Positions 56,423 through 64,000 of a DNA stretch of 64,000 nt are shown here, one piece after another. Location: IMG/VR virus record IMGVR_UViG_3300048854_000232, positions 32,618 through 96,617 of that record, one strand, 5' to 3'. Under the pieces are notes generated by a model. It worked only from the letters and a program-made list of their open reading frames with translations. It was not told the origin of the DNA and made no database searches. Position 1 is the stretch's first letter, and every line of letters starts with the position of its first letter. This DNA is from a virus. The translations under genes and the position numbers were made by a program.

Positions 56423-58642
56423 ATGATACTCTTCCAGACAGATTGGCTGCGTTACCCCACAGCCCGACCGGATTTGGACACGCCGAACAAGACGTTCCTC
56501 CGTCAGGCGCTGGTCTACAAATCCATGGGGATTAAGAATCACGCGTTCCTGCTGGCATTGATTCAGCCGGAACTCAAAGGTGTCGACCCGCACAGTCCTA
56601 ACCTGACCGAACATCAGAAGATCATGATCGGTCTGGAGTGCAAGTACAACCCCTGGTACTTCTTCCGTGAAGTCGTCCGGGTACCACCGCATGAAGCGCG
56701 CCTGCGCGCGAACCGCGGCAACATCGGGTTGTTCTGGGCGTTCTTGAACAATATCGATGCGGCCCTGATCCAGCCTCGACAGACGGGTAAGTCGGTCTCC
56801 ACCGACTGCTTGATGGTCTGGCTGCTGTTCATCGGTGCGATCAAGCTGGACGTGTTCCTCCTGACCAAGGACGATACGCTGCGCCAGTTCAACGTTGAGC
56901 GTCTGAAGGCGATTCGCGATCTGCTCCCGCCCTACCTCTTCACCCTGGCCTCGGACGATGCGAACAACCAGAAAGAGCTGACCTGCAACGCTCTGGAGAA
57001 CACCTACCGCACCGGCGTGTCGCAGAACTCCGAGAACTCGGCGAACAATCTGGGTCGTGGTCTGACCACCCCGGTCCTGCATTGCGATGAGGGCCCGTTC
57101 ATTAGCTTTATCGGCACCACCCTCCCCGCTGCCCTGGCAGCCGGTACCGCCGCCCGCGACATGGCCAAGGAACACGGTCAGCCGCACGGCAATATGTTCA
57201 CGACCACCGCCGGTAAGAAGGACGATCGCGACGGTCGCTTCATGTACGACATGATCCATCAAGCCGCCACGTGGGACGAACGGGCGTTCTTTGATACGGC
57301 GGACCGTAAGCGTCTGTTGGAAGTGGTCAAGCTCAACTGCTCGGGCCGAAAGATCATGGTGAACATTACCATGTCGCACAAGCAGCTGGGTTACAGCGAC
57401 GAATGGCTGTACGAGAAGATCACCGAAGCTGCCGCTTCGGGTGAAGCGGCCGAACGCGACTTCTTGAATAAGTGGACCTCCGGTACACAGCGCTCACCGC
57501 TTTCGGTGAAGCTCAACGAAGAGATCCACCGCAGCGAGCAGGAAGTGTTGCACTCGGAGATCTCTCGCGACGGTTACATCTTGCGCTGGTACGTCGAAGA
57601 GCCGGCTATCGCCGAACACATGGCGGCTGGGCACTTTGTCATCGGGTTGGACATGTCCGACGCGGTGGGACGCGATGCCATCGCACTGACCATGATCGAC
57701 ATCCGTGACGGTGGTATTGTCGCGGCCGGCACGTACAACGAAACCAACCTGATCCGCTTTGGTAACTACCTGACCAGCTTGCTGATCAAGTACCCGACCA
57801 CAACCCTGGTGGTGGAGCGGAAGTCCTCGGCAGCCACGCTGATCGATTCGCTGCTGATTGCCCTGCCCAAGGCTGGGATCGATCCGTTCCGTCGGATCTT
57901 CAACCGCATTGTCGATGAGCACTCGGAACGGCCGGACGACTACCGCGAGATCTGCCGTCACCACGACACGCGCTCGGAAGCCTTCTACGACACCCGTAAG
58001 AAGACACTCGGCTTCAACACCGATGCCCAGTCGCGTAACCTGCTCTACTCCTCGGTCCTGCAGAACGCAGCCAAGAAGTCGGGCTATATCGTCCGTGACA
58101 AGGTGCTCTCCTCGGAGCTCCGTGGTCTGGTGGAGAAACGGGGTCGTATCGATCACAACGAATCCGGTCACGACGACATGGTTATCGCCTGGCTCATGTG
58201 CCACTGGTTCCTGGCCCATGGCCGTAACCTGCAGCACTACGGCATTCCGGTCCAGGAAGTCATGGCGGACGCCACTGAGACAGGGCGTGAGATGAGTGAG
58301 GAAGAGATCGAAGATCGGATCGCTCAGCAGGCCATCATGGCTGAGATCGATGAGGTCTTGGATCTTCTGAAAGAGTCCACGGATGAGCTGACCATCATGC
58401 GCTACGAGCATCGCCTCCGGGTGTTGAACTCCCGCGTGAAGGAAGGTGAGACCATGGAAGCCAGCAGCTTGGATGCCATGATCCAGGGAGCCGCCGAGGA
58501 ACGCGCCAAGCGTTTGCGGATCCGTTCCCAGCAGCAACGTTCCGGTGGACACCGCCTGGACGGACGACCCGATTTCCAAAACCGGGGCAACCGTTCGATC
58601 AACCTGGCCCGTACCGGCCTGGGGCTGTTCTCCCGCCAGTAA
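56423..58642 (+). CDS. terL: Terminase large subunit (phiKZ gp25-like)
   Basis: Walker A QPRQTGKS, Walker B LHCDEG, nuclease motifs GLDMSD and HDDMVIAWL. Confidence 0.92.
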   Translation: MILFQTDWLRYPTARPDLDTPNKTFLRQALVYKSMGIKNHAFLLALIQPELKGVDPHSPNLTEHQKIMIGLECKYNPWYFFREVVRVPPHEARLRANRGNIGLFWAFLNNIDAALIQPRQTGKSVSTDCLMVWLLFIGAIKLDVFLLTKDDTLRQFNVERLKAIRDLLPPYLFTLASDDANNQKELTCNALENTYRTGVSQNSENSANNLGRGLTTPVLHCDEGPFISFIGTTLPAALAAGTAARDMAKEHGQPHGNMFTTTAGKKDDRDGRFMYDMIHQAATWDERAFFDTADRKRLLEVVKLNCSGRKIMVNITMSHKQLGYSDEWLYEKITEAAASGEAAERDFLNKWTSGTQRSPLSVKLNEEIHRSEQEVLHSEISRDGYILRWYVEEPAIAEHMAAGHFVIGLDMSDAVGRDAIALTMIDIRDGGIVAAGTYNETNLIRFGNYLTSLLIKYPTTTLVVERKSSAATLIDSLLIALPKAGIDPFRRIFNRIVDEHSERPDDYREICRHHDTRSEAFYDTRKKTLGFNTDAQSRNLLYSSVLQNAAKKSGYIVRDKVLSSELRGLVEKRGRIDHNESGHDDMVIAWLMCHWFLAHGRNLQHYGIPVQEVMADATETGREMSEEEIEDRIAQQAIMAEIDEVLDLLKESTDELTIMRYEHRLRVLNSRVKEGETMEASSLDAMIQGAAEERAKRLRIRSQQQRSGGHRLDGRPDFQNRGNRSINLARTGLGLFSRQ

Positions 58643-58704
58643 GTTCTTGCGTCATTGGTATGACCTTATCGGTTTAACGCACATCAAACAGGGGTAATGC
58701 GGTA

Positions 58705-59376
58705 ATGAGCAGTGAGTATGTGGGCAAGGTACCTGCCCTCCGGGTGGATGTCGAATGGGGCCAACACAGTCAAGCGCTGGGTTGTCGATGGTCATTTCGC
58801 GACAGTGAGGAAGATACGTTCTTACTGAACTTCGGTATTCCCTGGCTCATTACCCTGGAACTGGCGATCTCGTTCCTGCCAGGCCGGTTCGTGCATTGGT
58901 GCCTCCGGGGCAACGGCGCGGCCGTGTACTACGGGGCCGAGCTCAACCACTACCAGGCCCAGCTGCAATGGGGCAAGTTCTTGGACGTCCCGGGTAAGGC
59001 CGGTGGGTTCGAGTGGCGGCGGGTTTGGGAGGACCTCCTGGGCAAGAGCACCAAAGTGGAAACCCTGCTCAGCAAACAGATGGTGGGCGGTAGCCTACCC
59101 TCGACCGAGAAAGTCCCCTACCAGCATTTCTTCTACCAGGTCTGGAAGTACCGGCGGGTCAGTAGCTGGAATGTGTGGTGGCGCCCAAGCTACCGGGAGA
59201 CCTACTACGTGGTGGCCCCGATCAGCAGTGCCTTGCGCGATGCCGAAGGGCGGTGGGTCCCGACCCAGGATCTTGCCGCGGAATACTTCTACTACGTACG
59301 CTGCGAAGAGGACGCGGTGGAAGAGTACGCCATGGCCCTGTACGAGCGGCTGGGTTTCGACCCTGAGTTCCTGTAA
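58705..59376 (+). CDS. Hypothetical Trp-rich protein
   Basis: 223 aa ORF ending at a bidirectional terminator. Confidence 0.7.
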   Translation: MSSEYVGKVPALRVDVEWGQHSQALGCRWSFRDSEEDTFLLNFGIPWLITLELAISFLPGRFVHWCLRGNGAAVYYGAELNHYQAQLQWGKFLDVPGKAGGFEWRRVWEDLLGKSTKVETLLSKQMVGGSLPSTEKVPYQHFFYQVWKYRRVSSWNVWWRPSYRETYYVVAPISSALRDAEGRWVPTQDLAAEYFYYVRCEEDAVEEYAMALYERLGFDPEFL

Positions 59377-59389
59377 CGGCAAAAAAGCA

Positions 59390-59417
59390 TAGGAGAGGGC
59401 CTCACGGCCCTCTCCTA
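59390..59417. terminator. Bidirectional terminator
   Basis: TAGGAGAGGGCC-tcac-GGCCCTCTCCTA, flanked by gcatag and ttatgccg. Confidence 0.85.
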
Positions 59418-59418
59418 T

Positions 59419-59763
59419 TTATGCCGCTAGGCGCCCTTCACGAAGGGCAACGAGCACTCGACCGACTGCGTGCAGTACAGCCTGTTTCAACACGACATCC
59501 AGTGTGCCTCCACCGATGTCCCAGTGACTGAGCTTGCGCCCGTCCTTAAGATGGGTGGTTACCAGCATCCGCCAATGGCAAGTGTTGGGCACGAACCAGT
59601 CCAGCGTAGGCCAGCGCTTGATCGCGATGGGGTAATGCTGAATGGTCACGTAGGCAATATCAGGATGGTGTTGAGAGAGTCCGATCCTGCTGTAACTGGC
59701 CGTTTCGCCGACCAGCACCTTACGGATCGTCAAACGTTGCAGCCAGTCAGGAAGCATGATCAC
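59419..59763 (-). CDS. Hypothetical protein
   Basis: 114 aa; GTGA overlap with the upstream gene. Confidence 0.65.
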   Translation of the reverse strand: MIMLPDWLQRLTIRKVLVGETASYSRIGLSQHHPDIAYVTIQHYPIAIKRWPTLDWFVPNTCHWRMLVTTHLKDGRKLSHWDIGGGTLDVVLKQAVLHAVGRVLVALREGRLAA

Positions 59764-60176
59764 ATCACCTTTGTGTAAGTGGCCTTCCCCAGCACCCGGT
59801 CGCAGTAGGCGTTGATCGCGTACAGATGGGGGTAGCTGGTGGAACGCAGGAAACGACTGCGCAGAAGTGGGAAGGTAACCGGCTGGAAGAACAAGGGACT
59901 AACCTGGTCCTTGTACTCATCCGGCGCCCATCCGCAGACTTCATACACAGTGTCTTTGCTGTCAGGAATCCACCAGCGCTTGAAGGTGGTGTGATAGATA
60001 ATCTCGCGAGAGATGATCCGCACATCGACGCAACCGGCAAAGGTGGACTGGATCTGTTCGGTACGCTCCTCATCGTTACCCTGATAAATCCGGGTACTCG
60101 ACGGACCAAGCACAGCATCCCAGAGGATACCCAGTGCCATGGGCACCTTGGTCAAAAGCAGGAAAAGCTGAGACAC
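59760..60176 (-). CDS. Hypothetical protein
   Basis: GTG start 7 nt after AGGAG. Confidence 0.7.
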   Translation of the reverse strand: MSQLFLLLTKVPMALGILWDAVLGPSSTRIYQGNDEERTEQIQSTFAGCVDVRIISREIIYHTTFKRWWIPDSKDTVYEVCGWAPDEYKDQVSPLFFQPVTFPLLRSRFLRSTSYPHLYAINAYCDRVLGKATYTKVM

Positions 60177-60226
60177 GTCATATCTCCTACGGACGCCATC
60201 CAGTTCGGGTCGGGGATTACTCGAAG

Positions 60227-61462
60227 TTAGCTGGCGTAGTGGTGCATGGCGAGGCTCCGGACCACGAGGTACATTTGCAGACCCGTCCGGACACTAGCAA
60301 TGACGCTAGCGTTTTTGGTCTTGACCGCCTGACCGACGATCTTCTCCGCCAGAGCTTTGCTCTTGAGCAGGGAAGGATCAGACATGCGCGATGCCATGTA
60401 GAGCGCTCGGAGCTTGATCAGTAGCGGGGTGATCCCCGAGCGCTTGCCCAGGATCTCGCGGTCGGTGGCGATGTAGTCGAAGGCGAAGACCAACGTTTCG
60501 TTGACCAGCTCTTCAATCTCATGGTGTCCCGGAGCGCGGTGGTTCAGGTGCATCCATTCCAAGGTTTCATCCAGCAGACGGGGTGGCATGGTCTTCATCG
60601 CATCGGCGATGACGTTGGTCAGTTCCTCACGGATCAGACTGCCCTTGTCGTCTAGCACGGTGTGCATGTAGCGGATGTAGGAGCTGTAGTGGCGGGTCTT
60701 GTCCTTGACCACGGCCGAACCATCGATGTCCATGAAGGACTTGTCGGTGCCGATCCGCACACCCTTGGCGCGCAGCTGGTAGAACACCGTGGTCATCTTC
60801 TTAACGATCTCGCGAAGACGGCCCTGGATGTCCGAGACCATGTAGACGATGGCCTTGTCATCGCCCAACACCTGGTAGGTCCGGTGATGAATCGACTTCG
60901 GTGACATGATCTCTTCGGCACGGTTACGCAAGAGCACGTTCCAACTGCCAGCCGCCTTCAGGGCGTACTTGTAGTTGAGCTCACGGTAAACCGCAAGCAT
61001 GACCTGCTCATCGGCGGGATAGCGGAAGAAGTGGGCCATGAGCGAGCCCAAGAACTTGTACTGCAGGACGAGCATCACATCCACGCAGGCCTCGTGCTTG
61101 GCCTGGGGCGACAGCTTGGGGCTTTGCAGCAGGGCGTAGACCGCCCAGATGCACGAGAGGTTCATGACATCGTTGGCCCGCTTCCATTCCGGGTCCAAGG
61201 ACTTCAGCGAATGGATGCCGTCTTCCAGCGAGAGCTCGTCGATCTGGAGGACATCGGCGAACCAGTTGTCACGGTCGGCCTGGCGGAAACGCATCGGCTT
61301 GACGCCCATGAGGTTGCCACCGAAGAAGGCCAGATGGTCTTCGTTCCGATTCACGAATGCCCGCTCGTACTCGTGAATGCGTTGGACGAGCTTGAGGTCC
61401 ACGACAACGTCTTTGGTGACATCGTCAAAGACCTGTTTGATCGTATCGTAGTGGTCGATCAT
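60227..61462 (-). CDS. Conserved-looking phiKZ-like hypothetical protein
   Basis: 411 aa, typical core-gene codon usage. Confidence 0.8.
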   Translation of the reverse strand: MIDHYDTIKQVFDDVTKDVVVDLKLVQRIHEYERAFVNRNEDHLAFFGGNLMGVKPMRFRQADRDNWFADVLQIDELSLEDGIHSLKSLDPEWKRANDVMNLSCIWAVYALLQSPKLSPQAKHEACVDVMLVLQYKFLGSLMAHFFRYPADEQVMLAVYRELNYKYALKAAGSWNVLLRNRAEEIMSPKSIHHRTYQVLGDDKAIVYMVSDIQGRLREIVKKMTTVFYQLRAKGVRIGTDKSFMDIDGSAVVKDKTRHYSSYIRYMHTVLDDKGSLIREELTNVIADAMKTMPPRLLDETLEWMHLNHRAPGHHEIEELVNETLVFAFDYIATDREILGKRSGITPLLIKLRALYMASRMSDPSLLKSKALAEKIVGQAVKTKNASVIASVRTGLQMYLVVRSLAMHHYAS

Positions 61463-61693
61463 GGGAAATACCCTAGGGAGGCTTCAAGGTTTACACACTA
61501 TTACCGCTAGGCTCTGGGGCTAGGCTACGCCGTCCTGTAGCGCGCTGTGAGCGCGCTAGGGTGGGGAAGGGGACCGATGGCATCAGGGCAAACCCGATGC
61601 GCTTAGAGCGGGCTACAGAAGGTCCGCATTAAACCTCTTTTCAAACCTATAACACCCCGGTGAACCACTACCTCTATCACAAGGAACCGAGCC

Positions 61694-62089
61694 ATGACCA
61701 AGATCCATGCTGAAGCCATCATCGAGTCGCGTGCCGCTGCCGCTGCCATGGTAGCCGGTCCCATGCCCCTGACCACCGCCGAGTACGAAAACCGTCGTCA
61801 CCAGCTTGAAGCGGGTGAGTCGTTCATCACCGATGCCGAGCGCGAAGCGGTGAACGAGCAGTTCGACGGCGAGCGCACGCTGGACGACATGGCGCTCGAG
61901 CTGGAGAACGCCCACCGGTCCTACACCGGCACGATCGTCAACCTCAACCACATCATCGAACGCCAGGCGGATGTCATCGCCCAGCAGAAGGTGATCGTGG
62001 GCGAAGCCAAGCGCGGTCAGATCCGCATGATCGTCTGCTCGGTGGCTTTGATCGGCATTTCCCTGTGGGCTCTGTCCCGCGGCGACTAA
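61694..62089 (+). CDS. Coiled-coil protein with C-terminal transmembrane helix
   Basis: AAGGA RBS; ends MIVCSVALIGISLWALSRGD. Confidence 0.8.
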   Translation: MTKIHAEAIIESRAAAAAMVAGPMPLTTAEYENRRHQLEAGESFITDAEREAVNEQFDGERTLDDMALELENAHRSYTGTIVNLNHIIERQADVIAQQKVIVGEAKRGQIRMIVCSVALIGISLWALSRGD

Positions 62090-62099
62090 GGAGTACCTC

Positions 62100-62222
62100 A
62101 TGATCCGCAGTGCCCTCGCCATCTTTGGCGCGTTGGTCCTGGCCAAGTTGGCCATGGACGGTTACAACACCCATGTCAAGATCCCTCTTCAGCGCGCCGT
62201 CGCCGACGCCCTCGAAGAGTAA
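62100..62222 (+). CDS. 40-aa membrane or secreted peptide (not in the ORF track)
   Basis: TAAGGAG RBS; MIRSALAIFGALVLAKLAMDGYNTHVKIPLQRAVADALEE. Confidence 0.7.
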   Translation: MIRSALAIFGALVLAKLAMDGYNTHVKIPLQRAVADALEE

Positions 62223-62300
62223 CCGCGTGTGTTGGAAGGGCCGGCATCCTTCGGGGTGTCGGCCCTTCTGATTCGGCCTTTTGCTTTACCAAGGATTCCC

Positions 62301-62720
62301 ATGACCCCCTGCCAGTTTATCGCTGATCGCCAGGAAGATCCGGCTTTCTTCCTCACCCCCGACGACAAGCGCGTGTGGTTGGATCGCGTCACTGATCCGG
62401 CCGATGCTCACTTCGTCTTCTGGCTCGGTCCGGCTCGACCCAATCCCGCGGTCGAGGATGGTGTTATCTACCTGCGCCTGGTCGAACACAATACGGACGG
62501 CCCGGACGCCGTGCTGCCGCGTAACCCGTTCTGGGATTACGACTCCATGGGCATGACCCTGGCTGCCTGGTACAAGGGCAAGCTGCGCAAGAACAACCCG
62601 GCGTTTACCATCTCGCACATGGCCGTCTTCCAGGACCATCGCTTCGACGTGCCTTACGAGGCCTGGGAAGCAGCGATGGACCGCAAGGACTTCGACTTCT
62701 ACGTCGCCACCTTCGACTAA
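62301..62720 (+). CDS. Hypothetical protein
   Basis: AAGGA RBS, ATG at 62301. Confidence 0.75.
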   Translation: MTPCQFIADRQEDPAFFLTPDDKRVWLDRVTDPADAHFVFWLGPARPNPAVEDGVIYLRLVEHNTDGPDAVLPRNPFWDYDSMGMTLAAWYKGKLRKNNPAFTISHMAVFQDHRFDVPYEAWEAAMDRKDFDFYVATFD

Positions 62721-62747
62721 CACCCCTCCACTCCACAAGGAATTGTC

Positions 62748-63266
62748 GTGCTTGATCTGACCCATCTAACCATCTCGGACTTCGCCCAGGACATCCTCAA
62801 CCAGATGCCGCTGAAGTTCGTCACGCACAACCCGCACACCGAGGCGGCATACGCCGCGGTTCGCGTGGACTCGGCGGAAGAGGCTGATGTCACGCTGGTG
62901 GTGGACATTCCCCAGGACAACATCCTGGACACCGACGACTTCACGGTCGATCATTACGGCCTGCTCCATGTCGCTTTCATTGATCCAAAGTTGAAGGAGC
63001 GCCTTCCGCGCAATCTCGACTGGGATTACACCGAGCTGGGCTCCACCTTCTCCAGCTACGTGACGGCCCAGTTGTACCTGCGTTCGATGCTGGTGGATCC
63101 GGCGTGGGTGGGCCGAGTGTACCGGAAGGATCGCTCCTGCCAGTACGTACCTGCGGTGACCGACATCTTCGTCATGGGTCAGCAGCTCGACGACACGCCG
63201 CTCTCACCCTGGGAGGCTGTGCTGTGCGGCTACGGCCATGACCACGAAATGGCCCTGACGGACTGA
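62748..63266 (+). CDS. Hypothetical acidic protein
   Basis: AAGGA RBS before GTG, 172 aa. Confidence 0.75.
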   Translation: MLDLTHLTISDFAQDILNQMPLKFVTHNPHTEAAYAAVRVDSAEEADVTLVVDIPQDNILDTDDFTVDHYGLLHVAFIDPKLKERLPRNLDWDYTELGSTFSSYVTAQLYLRSMLVDPAWVGRVYRKDRSCQYVPAVTDIFVMGQQLDDTPLSPWEAVLCGYGHDHEMALTD

Positions 63267-63389
63267 TCCATCCAACTGTGTAATGGTATAGCTGATCAGC
63301 GGCGCCTCTCCATCCTCGGGTGGAGAGGTTGCCTCAGGTCTGTTCTTTTTTGGCTATCCTGTGACTAAGGGACGGAACGGGGGTTCGTC

Positions 63390-63611
63390 ATGCGCACGCT
63401 GTCGTATTGGCTTTTGACATGGTTGTACGTTGCAATGCTTAACTCGGTCGCCTGGGAGATCTTTACCTACGGCGGTCGATTGAAGTGCTGGTGGATCTGG
63501 GTGATCCTGTTTAGCTACTGGGTCTTGACCTGGATCGCCTCAGCCTGTGCGCTGTGGCTCACCTTCGATTGCTTGCGTCCACGACGTTGCTGTCTCCCCT
63601 CAGTCCGGTAA
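63390..63611 (+). CDS. Small membrane protein with two TM segments
   Basis: 73 aa, very hydrophobic and Trp-rich. Confidence 0.55.
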   Translation: MRTLSYWLLTWLYVAMLNSVAWEIFTYGGRLKCWWIWVILFSYWVLTWIASACALWLTFDCLRPRRCCLPSVR

Positions 63612-63685
63612 CCCCGGTCTGAGTGGGGGTTCAATGTTTTTCTTTACTGTCGTTGCATGTATTTTATAGGATCCTGGGGAAGGGT

Positions 63686-63921
63686 CCTCACGTCAGTGAG
63701 GGGGTAGGGGCCTATAAGTAAACTACTTATAGAGGCCAGATAGGTACTGTCGATAGCAGTACCTATAAATCCTTTTATGCTGCAACCTAGAGGGAGCGAC
63801 AGCTCTCCTGGCGCGGACCGACCTACACCCCATGGCAGAGGGAGAGACTCCCCTAGGAGACTCGACCGACTCTACCCATTCGAAAGCTCTTCCTATGAGG
63901 GGAGAAAACAGACGGTCTGTT
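63686..63921. repeat. Cluster of short inverted repeats in a non-coding tract
   Basis: At least five hairpins, e.g. CTATAAGTA-aac-TACTTATAG and ATAGGTACTG-tcgatag-CAGTACCTAT. Confidence 0.7.
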
Positions 63922-63948
63922 AGCCCCGGACACGGACAGGGGTGGGGT

Positions 63949-64000
63949 ATGTGGAAACGTCTGGGCTTGGGCCTGTGTGTGCTGACACTGGCGGTGATTG
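63949..64000 (+). CDS. Start of a signal-peptide-bearing protein, truncated by the window end
   Basis: MWKRLGLGLCVLTLAVI...; GGGGT upstream. Confidence 0.5.
   Translation, partial: MWKRLGLGLCVLTLAVI

Noticed and set aside
63280-63660. Possible tRNA (GGTTCAA-like T-loop near 63628)
   Set aside because: No acceptor stem, D-arm or anticodon arm could be built; the nearby hairpins look like terminators.
1-64000. CRISPR array, rRNA, IS/transposase, retron or DGR elements
   Set aside because: No regularly spaced direct repeats, rRNA-like sequence, transposase or reverse-transcriptase motifs were seen by eye; this is not a computed exclusion.

Overview
This window is a 64 kb segment of a high-GC phiKZ-like (nucleus-forming, Chimalliviridae-type) jumbo myophage. 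Recognisable core genes: RNase H, UvsX, three of the four virion RNA polymerase fragments, a ~2300 aa tail-associated lytic transglycosylase, head protease, tail tube, tail sheath, the gp26-28-like structural block and the large terminase. phiKZ gp labels come from recalled motifs, sizes and synteny, not from a database search. Main observations: (1) Two related, ORF-less group I introns interrupt adjacent virion RNAP genes. One (29964-30361) splits the catalytic DFDGD motif of beta', and its 3' exon is missing from the ORF track. The other (33783-34150) splits beta. (2) Four unrelated small ORFs at 14.7-16.7 kb share a C-terminal peptide RKAxRP[AS]WR[RKQ], conserved at protein level despite different codons. 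(3) A diverged pair of NADAR-like paralogs. (4) A proteasome-beta/HslV-like Ntn hydrolase candidate and a BCS1-like AAA ATPase in the same accessory island. (5) A candidate ADP-ribosyltransferase-fold protein next to the head protease. (6) Terminator hairpins repeatedly flanked by TATGCC, and a hairpin-dense non-coding tract at the right end. No tRNA, rRNA, CRISPR array or homing endonuclease was recognised.
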